Of a stretch of DNA of 64,000 bases, positions 55,155 to 64,000 are shown in pieces. Numbering within the stretch: position 1 is the first letter of the stretch; each line of letters begins with the position of its first letter. The translations under genes were made by a program, and so were the position numbers. The stretch spans positions 1-64,000 of the forward strand of contig CAWKBC010000008.1 in NCBI GenBank assembly GCA_963847705.1. The letters run 5' to 3'. The stretch is from an uncultured Pseudomonadota bacterium. GTDB taxonomy: Bacteria > Myxococcota_A > Polyangia > Fen-1088. The notes below the pieces were generated by a model. That model was not told the DNA's origin. It saw only the letters and a list, made by a program, of their open reading frames with translations, and did not search any database.

Positions 55155-57338
55155 TCAGGACCTAGGGGCGCGACGTCGCCGCACCGAGAGCGCGCAACCA
55201 ACGAGGAACAGAACCGTCACCAAGACGTGGGGATCTCCGTCGGTGAGCGCGCACGCACAGCCCGCGGTCATGGGCGGGGTGCTGCTGAGGCCGACGTTGG
55301 TGGAGCTGCCACCCTTGACCGCTGCACCGTCCGGCGTTGCGCCCGCGTCGGCGGAGCCTCCTCCGCCTGCCGAGCCGGTCGCGCCGCCCGCGCTGCCGGA
55401 GTCGGTCGACCCTCCGCCGGTCGCGCCCGAACAGGCGGTCAGCGCGTAGCTCGCCGTCTGTCCATCGGCGAGGGCCAGGTAGGAGATGGTCTGCCCGGCG
55501 TAGCTCTCCGCTCCAGGCGTGCAGAGGCCGGTGACAGGGATCGTGGCCGCGTGAGCGACCGTGATGGTGAGGGTGCCGCCACCGACGGTGGCGACCACCC
55601 CCGAGGCGTCGAGCGCCATCCGGTTCCTCACCCGTGTGGCGAGGTCGTCCATGGTCGGGCTCACGATCGGGAAGCTCATCACGGCGGCGTACTTCGCGAA
55701 GGTCTGGTCGAGCAGATCGCTGAGCAGGCTGTGCCCCGCGCCGTCGTAGTTGCGCGTGTTGGCCTGGTGAAACATCCAGGGATCGTTGCTGCCGTTGAGC
55801 ATCAGCCTGTAGAGCTCGTCGCTCTGCGCGCCCTCAAGGGTCGGGTAGTCCATCGCGGCGGGCGACTCCAGCACCTGGTACTCCGGGATCCACTCCGACG
55901 GCTGTGAAACGTTGAAGTAGAGATTGGTCGGCTTGCGGGGGATCTCCAGCACGGAAGGCTCGAGCGCGTTCCAGATGCCGATGTTGGGCGAGGGGTTGTC
56001 TTCACCCTGCACCGAGGTGTCGCTCACGATCTGCTGGATGCCGGCGTCGTGGATCGCGCGCATGGCGTCCGCGCTTCCCAGCCCCGAGATGTTGGGCGTC
56101 ACTGCGTTGATCGTCGCGTAGGGCATGAGCCCGAGCCCGCGCAGATACTGATCGTTCTGGGTGAACTCCTGGAGCACGTCGGCGTAGCTGAGCCCGTCGA
56201 GCACCGGATGATCCCAGCTGTGGTTGATCCACTCGAAGGTCGGCCCGAGCGCGACCGCCTTGGCGGTCAGCGGATCTCCGGGGCGGGACGAGGAGCCCGC
56301 GCCGTTGCAGGCAAAGGCAGCCCGGAAGCCGGCGGTGAGCGGTTTGGCCTGCGTCGCGGTCTGCCAGTCGGCGAACGACTGCAGATCGGCGTCGGTGATC
56401 CGGTAGACGCCGCCCGTGTAGATCGCGCTGGAGAGAAACAGATCGTCGATCTGAGGCACGGCGTAGACGTGACGTTCGCCGACGAAGAGGCCCCGCGTCG
56501 CCCAGCTCACCAGCCCGTAGGCCAGCTCGAGGTAGGAGACGTAAGACGATGCCTGACCGAAGGTGAGCGCCAGCGCCTCCCGCCCGTCCGGGTAGGTGCG
56601 GGTGGCGGCGTAGATGTTCCCGCTGGCGTCGGCGAGCAAGGGGATCGTCGCGCTGTCGGCGGCCATCGTCGGATAGGCGTACCCCTGGTTGATCAGGACG
56701 GGGTTCGCGCAGTTGGCTCCCACGAACACCGCCTTCCCGGCCGCCGTGCAGGTCGTCGAGATGGGCGTCATCGTCGGGTCGACGCCGACGTCGTTGTCGA
56801 CGAAACCGTACGACGCGTCCGGCGACGTGTAGAGCGAGACCCGGCGGACCCCGAACTCGACCTCATAGGTCGTGAGAACGGTCCACTCGGCGTCGGTGAA
56901 GGCGCTGGCGCCGCCGGTGGAGAGGTCGCCCACGTCGAGGAAGATGGCGTTGTATTTCCCGTGCGCGCCGGAGGCCAGAGCGTCGGCGGTGAGTGCCGGT
57001 CCCGTCGAGGCGTTGAGCACGTCGAACGGCGTCCCCAGATACTGCAGCGTTGCCTGAATCGCTCCGAATGAGTCGCTGGTCCCCTTGGCGCTGATGACGA
57101 GGATGCGCGCGTCGACCGTCGCGTTGGCGATCGGAGAGGCGCCGGTGTCCGGCGCGCTGTTGATGCCGGTCGCCGCCGCTATCGGCCCGATGATCACCGG
57201 CGCGACGGCGGCCGGCGCCCGCGAGATCCGTCCCTGCGCCACCAAGGCCGCGCCTTCATCGGGAGGGTTGCACCCGAGCGCAACCCACGACAACCCCACG
57301 ACGACCCACGAGACCAGCCAACCGTTCTTCATCGCCAC
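55155..57338 (-). CDS. Agd3-like carbohydrate deacetylase with MYXO-CTERM tail
   Basis: ALGC lipobox; YE.EFGVRRV, IDDLFL, WINHSWDH, VTPNISGL, PWMFHQAN; GCAC..TM..RRRR tail. Confidence 0.78.
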   Translation of the reverse strand: MAMKNGWLVSWVVVGLSWVALGCNPPDEGAALVAQGRISRAPAAVAPVIIGPIAAATGINSAPDTGASPIANATVDARILVISAKGTSDSFGAIQATLQYLGTPFDVLNASTGPALTADALASGAHGKYNAIFLDVGDLSTGGASAFTDAEWTVLTTYEVEFGVRRVSLYTSPDASYGFVDNDVGVDPTMTPISTTCTAAGKAVFVGANCANPVLINQGYAYPTMAADSATIPLLADASGNIYAATRTYPDGREALALTFGQASSYVSYLELAYGLVSWATRGLFVGERHVYAVPQIDDLFLSSAIYTGGVYRITDADLQSFADWQTATQAKPLTAGFRAAFACNGAGSSSRPGDPLTAKAVALGPTFEWINHSWDHPVLDGLSYADVLQEFTQNDQYLRGLGLMPYATINAVTPNISGLGSADAMRAIHDAGIQQIVSDTSVQGEDNPSPNIGIWNALEPSVLEIPRKPTNLYFNVSQPSEWIPEYQVLESPAAMDYPTLEGAQSDELYRLMLNGSNDPWMFHQANTRNYDGAGHSLLSDLLDQTFAKYAAVMSFPIVSPTMDDLATRVRNRMALDASGVVATVGGGTLTITVAHAATIPVTGLCTPGAESYAGQTISYLALADGQTASYALTACSGATGGGSTDSGSAGGATGSAGGGGSADAGATPDGAAVKGGSSTNVGLSSTPPMTAGCACALTDGDPHVLVTVLFLVGCALSVRRRRAPRS

Positions 57339-57379
57339 ACCCCCCGCCTGCAGGAATCGAGATCAGCGAAGCGGAAGAC

Positions 57380-57395
57380 AGCAGGAGACGTGCCA
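57380..57395 (-). promoter_or_regulatory. Sigma-54 (-24/-12) promoter for the Agd3-like gene
   Basis: Minus strand TGGCACGTCTCCTGCT, exact GG-N10-GC spacing, about 40 nt before the start. Confidence 0.7.
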
Positions 57396-57483
57396 CGCGC
57401 GCACGCACGCATCCGGACGCGCGCAGCTACCGTTCCGTGCGCTCGGAGTCGCGCGCCGTTCCGCCGCGCTCACTCCTTAGGGA

Positions 57484-58842
57484 TCAGTCCGTACCGTCGC
57501 TGCGGGATCCGCCGAGGCCGTGCTCTTCCAGCTTGGCGTAGAGCTGGGGCCGTCCGATGCCGAGCAGGCGGGCCGCCGCCGAACGGTTTCCTTTGGCGCG
57601 CTCGAGCGCGCGCAGGATGAGCTGCTTCTCCACCCGCGCCACCGCGCCGTGCAGGGAGAGATCGTCGTCGTCGGTCGGCGCTCCTGCCGGCGCGGCGTCG
57701 GCGCGCAGGCTGTCAGGCAGATCCCCGACGTCGATCACCTCTCCGGCGCAGAGAACCGCCGCGCGCTCGAGCACGTGAAAGAGCTCGCGCACGTTGCCGG
57801 GCCAGGGATTGACCAGCAGCCGTTGCATCGCCGCCTCCGACACCGCCCGCGCCGACCTCCCCCGCAAGGCATGCGCGACCAGGAGCGGAATGTCGCTGCG
57901 GCGCGCGCGCAGCGGCGGCAGCTCGATCTCGATGACCGCCAGCCGGTAGTAGAGCTCCTCACGGAGCGTCACCCCGGCGGCGCCCGGCCGGACCGGGCGG
58001 TTGGTCGCGGCGATGATGCGAACGTCTCCGGTGATCGGATCGTTTCCCCCCACGCGCTCGTAGGTCCCCTCCTGAACGACGCGCAAGAGCTTCGATTGCA
58101 GCGAGGGATCGAGGTCGCCGATCTCGTCGAGAAACAGCGTACCGCCCGCCGCCGCTTCGAACCGGCCGCTGCGGCGTGTGACCGCCCCGGTGAAGGCGCC
58201 CCGCTCGTGGCCGAACAGCTCACTCTCGATCAAGGTGGGTGGCAGAGCGGCCTGGTTCACGGCGACGAATGCTTTGCGGGCGCGCGGCGAGTAGGTATGA
58301 ATCGCCCGCGCCACCAGCTCCTTGCCCGTCCCCGTCTCGCCGGTGATGAGCACCGGCGCCGTGGAAGCCGAGGCGCGACCGATGAGCTTCCAGATCGCCA
58401 GCATGGCCGCGCTGGTTCCCACCAGATCCTGACGCGCCTCGGGCGCATCGAGGACCGGCCCCGCCTCGCGCGCCAAGGCCCGCTGGTTGAGCGCGCGCTC
58501 GATGGTGGCCCGGAGGATCTCCAGGTCGAACGGCTTGGTCAGGTAGTCGAACGCCCCGTCGCGCATGGCGCGGATCGTCCGCTCGCTGTCGCCATAGGCG
58601 GTGGCGACGATGACCGGCACGCCGCGCGCGGTGGCCCGCAGCTCGACCAGGTAGTCGAGCCCGTCGCCGTCGCGCAGTCGAATGTCCAGCAACACACAGT
58701 CGATCGCCTGCGCGGCCACCAGGGCGCGCGCCTCGCCGATCCCGGCCGCGGCGTGCGCCTCGCACCCCATCGCCTTCGCCACGTCACAGAGCCCCTGGCG
58801 CAGCCCCACCTCGTCCTCGACGATCAGCACCGCCCGCTTCAT
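57484..58842 (-). CDS. Sigma-54-dependent response regulator (NtrC/AtoC family)
   Basis: Receiver (EDE, LLD, KP), GETGTGKE, GAFTGA, FLDE, WPGNVREL, Fis-type HTH. Confidence 0.95.
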   Translation of the reverse strand: MKRAVLIVEDEVGLRQGLCDVAKAMGCEAHAAAGIGEARALVAAQAIDCVLLDIRLRDGDGLDYLVELRATARGVPVIVATAYGDSERTIRAMRDGAFDYLTKPFDLEILRATIERALNQRALAREAGPVLDAPEARQDLVGTSAAMLAIWKLIGRASASTAPVLITGETGTGKELVARAIHTYSPRARKAFVAVNQAALPPTLIESELFGHERGAFTGAVTRRSGRFEAAAGGTLFLDEIGDLDPSLQSKLLRVVQEGTYERVGGNDPITGDVRIIAATNRPVRPGAAGVTLREELYYRLAVIEIELPPLRARRSDIPLLVAHALRGRSARAVSEAAMQRLLVNPWPGNVRELFHVLERAAVLCAGEVIDVGDLPDSLRADAAPAGAPTDDDDLSLHGAVARVEKQLILRALERAKGNRSAAARLLGIGRPQLYAKLEEHGLGGSRSDGTD

Positions 58843-60257
58843 GCGCGCGCGTCCTGTTCGAGGGGCGCCTGCGCGTCGCGCCTGGCCACGGGCAAGATCA
58901 GCTCCAGCCGGGTGACCTCACTGTCACGCCAGTAGGTCAGATCGCCGCCATGCGCGCGCGCGATGGCGCGCGAGATCGCCAGCCCCAGGCCCGTGCCGTC
59001 GGGCTTGGTGGTGAAGAAGGGCTCGAAGATCTCACCGGCGCGTCCGGCCGGCACGCCGGCGCCCAGATCGGCGACCCGCACCCGCACCTGATCGTCGTCG
59101 ACCTCGACGGTGGCGTCGACGGTGGCGCCGTCGGGTGAAGCCTCGACTGCGTTGCGCAGGACGTTGTCGAACGCGCGCGCCAGCGCATCACCGTCGCCGA
59201 TCGCCTCGCCCGACCCGCGCGCGGTGATCGCCACGCGCCGCAGCGCCGCCCAGGGGGCCAGCGCCTCGGCGCGCGCGCGCAAGAGGCGGGCGACGTCGAG
59301 CGGCGCGCGCGGCCCGAGCGCCCGCCCCGCCACGATCAGGAGATCCGCCACCAACCGATCGAGCCGCGTGATCTCCGAGGAGGCGTGGTCGATGGCGGCG
59401 CGCGCCTCGGGCGGCAGCGCGACGCCTCCGGACGCCAGGTCGAGCCGCAGCTTGATCGACGCCAGCGGGTTCCGCACCTCGTGGGCGACGCCGGCCACCA
59501 CCCGTCCCAGCGCCGCCAGACGTTCCTGTCGCGCCAGATCACGCCCCATCTGCTCCTGAATTCGCCGCGCCTCCTCGAGCCGGCGCGCCAGCGTCCCGAT
59601 CCCGACCGCGATGTCGTCCAGCTCCCCGATCTCCGATCGGGGAACCGGAGCGGTCAGATCGTCCGCCAGCGCGGCAAGCGCCCCCTGCAACCCCGAGGCG
59701 GCGCGCCTCACGGAGACCAGCGAATAGGCGGCGCTGGCGACCAGCAGCAGCGCCGAAAAGGCGAGCGCCACCACCAGCAGCCGCCAGCTCTGCAACGTGG
59801 GGGACGGCCGCACCGGGACGGCCGCCCACAGGAGCGTGCCGCTGGCGCTGGGCGCGACGCGGGCGACCAGCTCACCGCCGTCGATCTCGGATTCGTTCTC
59901 CGCCGGCTGGGCGCTCCCCGCGGCGCGGGTCGCGGTCGTTCGCATCGACTCGCGCCAGGTGGCCGGAACCGACGCCGCGATCTGCGCAGGCGCCGTCGCG
60001 CCGGTGGCCAGGCCTCCGCGCAGCCCGACCACCGTCGAGAAGGTCGAGGCGATCGCGGCCGGCCCGAGCGACGCGAGGCGATCGATCTCGTCGCGCACCG
60101 CTTCGCGCCCGCGCTCCAGCCGCTGAGCGCGGGTCACCGAGATGGCGCGGTAGAGCGCATCGGCGGAGAGCGCCGCGGTCAGCAGCCCCAACAACGCGAC
60201 CGCCATCAGACGATGGCGAATTCCTCGGCCGATCCGCACGCGGTCGTCGTCAAGCAA
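58839..60257 (-). CDS. Membrane sensor histidine kinase
   Basis: Two TM segments, HAMP-like linker, AHEVRNPL, NVLRNA, D.G.G, PFFTTK, GTGLGL; ATGA overlap with the regulator. Confidence 0.93.
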   Translation of the reverse strand: MLDDDRVRIGRGIRHRLMAVALLGLLTAALSADALYRAISVTRAQRLERGREAVRDEIDRLASLGPAAIASTFSTVVGLRGGLATGATAPAQIAASVPATWRESMRTTATRAAGSAQPAENESEIDGGELVARVAPSASGTLLWAAVPVRPSPTLQSWRLLVVALAFSALLLVASAAYSLVSVRRAASGLQGALAALADDLTAPVPRSEIGELDDIAVGIGTLARRLEEARRIQEQMGRDLARQERLAALGRVVAGVAHEVRNPLASIKLRLDLASGGVALPPEARAAIDHASSEITRLDRLVADLLIVAGRALGPRAPLDVARLLRARAEALAPWAALRRVAITARGSGEAIGDGDALARAFDNVLRNAVEASPDGATVDATVEVDDDQVRVRVADLGAGVPAGRAGEIFEPFFTTKPDGTGLGLAISRAIARAHGGDLTYWRDSEVTRLELILPVARRDAQAPLEQDARA

Positions 60258-60409
60258 GCGCGATACCGCCCGGTTGTCGCCGGAACGCCGCGTTCCACCG
60301 GCACGCGTGCTGCCTCAACCCCCTACAGGTGTCCAGAATCGATACAGGTTACTGCCGCCCCATCGGCCCTGCCAGACGCACGATCGGGCGTCTGGAGGCA
60401 CCTTGCCTC

Positions 60410-60425
60410 TGGCCCAGAAGTTGCG
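60410..60425 (+). promoter_or_regulatory. Sigma-54 (-24/-12) promoter for the efflux operon
   Basis: TGGCCCAGAAGTTGCG, GG-N10-GC; upstream TACAGGT direct repeats (60324, 60343) and TGT-N11-ACA (60330-60346) as a candidate enhancer. Confidence 0.6.
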
Positions 60426-60482
60426 AGGTTGGCGCAGCCGAGCTGTACCACTCCCCCATCCTTGAAGCTAATCTCGCCGCCC

Positions 60483-61874
60483 ATGCTCCCCCGCCCCCTT
60501 GCCATCCTGCTGATCCCTCTCGTGATGTTCGGGATCTTCGTCGGCGCGCAGGCCGCAGACAGTGGCGACGGTGTGGCCGCCGGCACGACGCCTCTGAGCT
60601 TGCAGCAGGCGGAGCAGACCGCGCTGCAGAACCAACCGAACGTGCGCGCGGCACACGGGCTCCAGGAGGCCGCCGAGGGGCGCGTCGAGGAGGCGCGCTC
60701 CGGCTACCTCCCTCAGGTGACCGTGACGGGCAGTTACGAGCGCACGACCGGCAACTTCGCCACGCGCCCGGGCGTCCTGCCGACGAGCCTGACGACGAAC
60801 GGCATGGGGGGCGGGACGGGGACCGCCGTGATGGCTGGGGCCACGCCGGTCAGCTGGGATCCGAAGTACAACTTCTTCCAGCTCAACGTCGGCGCCAGCC
60901 AGCTGCTCTACGACTTCGGCCAGACCAGCAACCGCTGGGCGGCGGCCGGCGCCAGCCGGGACGCCGCCACCGACAACACGCGCACCGTCGGGCTGCAGAC
61001 GCTGCTCAACGTCCGGCGGGCCTACTTCGCGGCCCGCGCCAACCGGGATCTGGTGGCGGTGGCGGAAGAGACGGTGCGCAATCAGGAGAAGCATGTGGAG
61101 CAGACGCAGGCGTTCGTCCGCACCGGCATCCAGCCGGACATCAACCTGGCCACCGTCCTGACGGCGCTGGCCAACGCCAAGGTGCAGCTGGTCACCGCGC
61201 AGAACAACTTCGCGGTGGCCGAGGCGCAGCTCTCCCAGGCGATGGGCGTCTCCGTCAACGAGTCGTACACGCTGTCCGACGAGCAGATCCCGCCCATCGC
61301 GGGCGAGGACGGCGATTCCGTGGCGCTGGTGGCGCACGCCGAAAAGAATCGCCCGGAGATCGCCAACCTGATGGCCCAGCGGCGCGCCCAGGAGCTGACG
61401 GTGAGCTCGGTGAAAGGGTCCTACGGCCCCAGCCTGAGCGCGATCGCCAACCTTTCGGAGGCCGGCGTGGCCGCGGATTCGCTGGCCCCGAACTGGTATG
61501 TCGGCCTGGGCCTCACCTGGAACATCCTGCAGGGGGGGCTGACGCGCGGGCAGGTCCGGGAGGCCAAGGGGACGCTGGAGAACCTGGTCGGCCAGGAGCA
61601 GGCGCTGCGCCTTCAGGTGCAGGTCGACATCGAGCAGGGGCGTCTCGGGGTGCAGGCGGCCAAGTCCACCATCAACGCCGCCGGCGAGGCGCTGGTGAAC
61701 GCCCGCAGTCAGCTGACGCTGGCCGAGAAGCGGTACGAGCACGGGCTCGGCAGCGCGGTTGAGCTCGACGACGCGCAGGTGGCATACACGACTGCAGAGG
61801 CGCAAGTGGTGCAAGCGAAGTTCAACCTGGCCTCGGCGCGCGCACAGCTGCTGGCGGCGCTAGGAGACCAATGA
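60483..61874 (+). CDS. TolC-family outer-membrane efflux protein
   Basis: Signal AQA; LSLQQAEQTALQNQP, YLPQV, LYDFG, NRPEI, RYEHGLGSAVELDDAQ. Confidence 0.9.
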   Translation: MLPRPLAILLIPLVMFGIFVGAQAADSGDGVAAGTTPLSLQQAEQTALQNQPNVRAAHGLQEAAEGRVEEARSGYLPQVTVTGSYERTTGNFATRPGVLPTSLTTNGMGGGTGTAVMAGATPVSWDPKYNFFQLNVGASQLLYDFGQTSNRWAAAGASRDAATDNTRTVGLQTLLNVRRAYFAARANRDLVAVAEETVRNQEKHVEQTQAFVRTGIQPDINLATVLTALANAKVQLVTAQNNFAVAEAQLSQAMGVSVNESYTLSDEQIPPIAGEDGDSVALVAHAEKNRPEIANLMAQRRAQELTVSSVKGSYGPSLSAIANLSEAGVAADSLAPNWYVGLGLTWNILQGGLTRGQVREAKGTLENLVGQEQALRLQVQVDIEQGRLGVQAAKSTINAAGEALVNARSQLTLAEKRYEHGLGSAVELDDAQVAYTTAEAQVVQAKFNLASARAQLLAALGDQ

Positions 61875-63214
61875 GAGGGATCCCAAAGATGTTCTCGCGG
61901 GCGTTGACGTTGACTTGGGCGCTGGGTTTCGCCGCCACCGCCGGCCTGGCGCTGTCCGGCTGCGGGAAGGGCCAGGAGGGTGCCGGCGCCGGCGCGGCGG
62001 CGGCCACGCCGGGCGCGAAGGGCGCGGGCAGCGGCGCCGATCGTCCGGTCCCGGTCCTGGTCGCGGAGACGGTCAGCAAGGACGTCCCGATCTTTCTCGA
62101 AGGGCTGGGGACGGTGACCGCCTACAAGACGGTCAACGTCCGCTCGCAGGTCGACGGCCGCCTCGACAAGGTGGTCTTCCAGGAGGGACAGCCCGTCAAG
62201 CAGAGCGAGCTTCTGGCCCAGATCGATCCGCGCCCGTTCGAGATCCTGCTGCACCAGGGCGAGGCCGCGCTGGCCCGCGATCAGGCCCAGCTGGACGGCG
62301 CCCAGCGCGATTACGATCGCTACGTCGCCGTCGGCGGACAGCACCTCCTGCCGCAGCAGCAGATCGACGATCAGAAGGCGCTGGTCGAGCAGCTCCGGGG
62401 GACGGTCCTCAACGACAAGGCGACGATCGAGAACGCCAAGCTGCAGCTCGACTACGCCCGCATCAAGTCGCCCATCAACGGGATCACCGGCGTCCGTCTG
62501 GTCGATCCCGGCAACATCGTCCACGCCGCCGACACCGGCGGAATCGTGGTTGTCACACAGATGGATCCCATCGCGGTGCTGTTCACGCTGCCGCAAGATG
62601 ACCTGCCGGAGGTCGCTCGCCAGCTGCGGCTCGGCCCCCTGGTGGTCGAGGCGGACAGCCGCGACGGGTCGCAGGTGCTGGCCACCGGGACCCTGGGGCT
62701 CATCGACAACCAGATCAACCAGGGGACGGCGACCATGCGTCTCAAGGCGATCTTTCCCAATCCAGAGCGCACGCTCTGGCCGAACGCGTTCGTCAAGGCG
62801 AGGCTGCGGCTGACGGTGCGCAAGGGGGCCCTGGTGATCCCGGCGGTGGCGGTCCAGCGCGGGCCGCAGGGGGCGTTCGTCTACGTCGCCAAGGGCGACC
62901 AGGCGGAGCTGCGCCCCATCGGCGTCGAGCGCATCGAGGGGGAGGAGGCGCTCATCTCCCAGGGCCTGGTGGCTGGCGAGAAGGTGGTGCGAGAGGGGCA
63001 GAGCCAGCTGCGGCCCGGCTCCAAGCTGGCGCTGCGCGAAGGTGGCGGCGGCGGTGCGGGCAAGGGCGGCGGCGCTGGCAAGAACGGCGCCGGCGCGGGC
63101 AAGATGGGCGGCGCCGCCCAGCCCCCCGGGGGATCCGGCGAGAGCGGCTCCGCGGGCGGTGCGCCGGGGGCGGGCGCTCACGGCAAGCACGGAGGCCACA
63201 AGGTGTCGCAGTGA
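61871..63214 (+). CDS. RND efflux periplasmic adaptor (MdtA/MuxA-like)
   Basis: LSGC lipobox; GLGTVTA..TVNVRSQVDGRL, LAQIDPRPF, LDYARIKSPI.G, IDNQI...T.T.RLKA.F.N. Confidence 0.9.
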   Translation: MRGIPKMFSRALTLTWALGFAATAGLALSGCGKGQEGAGAGAAAATPGAKGAGSGADRPVPVLVAETVSKDVPIFLEGLGTVTAYKTVNVRSQVDGRLDKVVFQEGQPVKQSELLAQIDPRPFEILLHQGEAALARDQAQLDGAQRDYDRYVAVGGQHLLPQQQIDDQKALVEQLRGTVLNDKATIENAKLQLDYARIKSPINGITGVRLVDPGNIVHAADTGGIVVVTQMDPIAVLFTLPQDDLPEVARQLRLGPLVVEADSRDGSQVLATGTLGLIDNQINQGTATMRLKAIFPNPERTLWPNAFVKARLRLTVRKGALVIPAVAVQRGPQGAFVYVAKGDQAELRPIGVERIEGEEALISQGLVAGEKVVREGQSQLRPGSKLALREGGGGGAGKGGGAGKNGAGAGKMGGAAQPPGGSGESGSAGGAPGAGAHGKHGGHKVSQ

Positions 63215-64000
63215 ACGTCTCCGAAGTCTTCATCCGGCGTCCCGTCGGAACCGCGCTCCTGATGATCGGCGTGGCCGTCGCCGGAGTGGCCGCCTACAAC
63301 CAGCTGCCGGTCTCGGCGCTGCCGCAGGTCGACTACCCGACGATCGTCGTGTCGACCATCCTGCCCGGCGCCAGCGCCGACACCATGGTCTCGGCGGTGA
63401 CGACGCCGCTCGAGCGGCAGCTCGGGCAGATTCCGTCGCTGGCGCACCTGACCTCGGTCTCCAGCGCCGCCAGCTCGCAGATCACCCTGCAGTTCACGCT
63501 CGATCGCGACATCGACTCCGCCGAGCAGGACGTGCAGGCGGCGATCAACGCGGCCTCCAACCTCTTGCCCAAGACGCTGCCCACACCGCCGACCTACAGC
63601 AAGAGCAACCCTGCCGACGTGCCGGTCATCTCGCTGGCGGTCCGCTCGGACACCTCGCCGCTCTCGGTCGTCGATGACTACGCCGACTCGATCCTGGCGC
63701 AAAAGCTGTCGCAGGTCTCCGGCGTCGGCCTGGTGACGCTGAACGGCGGCCAGCGGCCGGCGGTGCGCGTGCAGGTCGATCCGGTGGCGCTGGCCGGGCG
63801 CGGCCTCGGTCTCGAGGACGTTCGCTCGGTGCTGGCGCTGGCCAACGTCAACCAGCCAAAGGGAAACCTGGACGGCCCGCGCCAGAACTACCTGGTGTCG
63901 GCCAACGATCAGCTCCCCTCGGCCGACGGCTACAGGCCGCTGGTGCTGGCCTACCAGAACGGCGCGGTGGTGCGCCTCTCCGACGTGGCCAAGGTGCTGG
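63211..64000 (+). CDS. RND efflux permease (MdtB/MuxB-like), truncated by the window end
   Basis: Read from GTG 63211 (not in the ORF track): VNVSEVFIRRPVGTALLM...LPVSALPQVDYPTI...LPGAS...TTPLERQLGQI. Confidence 0.9.
   Translation, partial: MNVSEVFIRRPVGTALLMIGVAVAGVAAYNQLPVSALPQVDYPTIVVSTILPGASADTMVSAVTTPLERQLGQIPSLAHLTSVSSAASSQITLQFTLDRDIDSAEQDVQAAINAASNLLPKTLPTPPTYSKSNPADVPVISLAVRSDTSPLSVVDDYADSILAQKLSQVSGVGLVTLNGGQRPAVRVQVDPVALAGRGLGLEDVRSVLALANVNQPKGNLDGPRQNYLVSANDQLPSADGYRPLVLAYQNGAVVRLSDVAKVL

Noticed and set aside
60393-60406. Additional sigma-54 promoter TGGAGGCACCTTGC
   Set aside because: GG-to-GC spacing is 9 rather than the required 10.

Overview
GC-rich (roughly 70%) bacterial chromosome segment with the hallmarks of a myxobacterium (Myxococcota, Polyangia-like): MYXO-CTERM sorting tails, a TIGR02266-type PilZ protein, many Cys/Gly-rich lipoproteins, a Hanks kinase and sigma-54 regulation. 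From left to right: the F0(b',b)-F1 half of an ATP synthase operon, where atpD/G/A are riddled with indels that are almost certainly consensus errors ending near 3950; housekeeping genes (nfo, LysR/SDR, biotin carboxylase, ggt); and tRNA-Asn. The tRNA is followed by a ~6.6 kb lower-GC islet of four co-oriented exported proteins, including a ~1370-aa gluzincin with an inserted Ala-rich helical and hydrophobic segment. Next come a galactomannan-degrading enzyme set (GH97, GH5, GH2) interleaved with a propeller/di-heme cytochrome and a CHAD protein; a kinase-STAS pair; a six-repeat Cys-rich stalk ending in CBM3; a stress/repair block (KGG, aat, FHA-GGDEF, DUF72-ku-MerR/TPR, osmC); a peptidase-propeller-Omp85 protein; Cip1-like and phosphatase surface proteins; bioA; an Agd3-like deacetylase; and a sigma-54 two-component system divergent from a TolC/MdtAB-type efflux operon truncated by the window end. 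No CRISPR array, rRNA, integrase or transposase was seen. The best candidates for undescribed systems are the tRNA-Asn islet protease/toxin cassette, the LigD-less DUF72-Ku-MerR/TPR module with a perfect operator-like palindrome, and the surface polysaccharide toolkit (CBM3 stalk, Cip1-like, Agd3-like). All family assignments come from motif recognition by eye; no searches were run.
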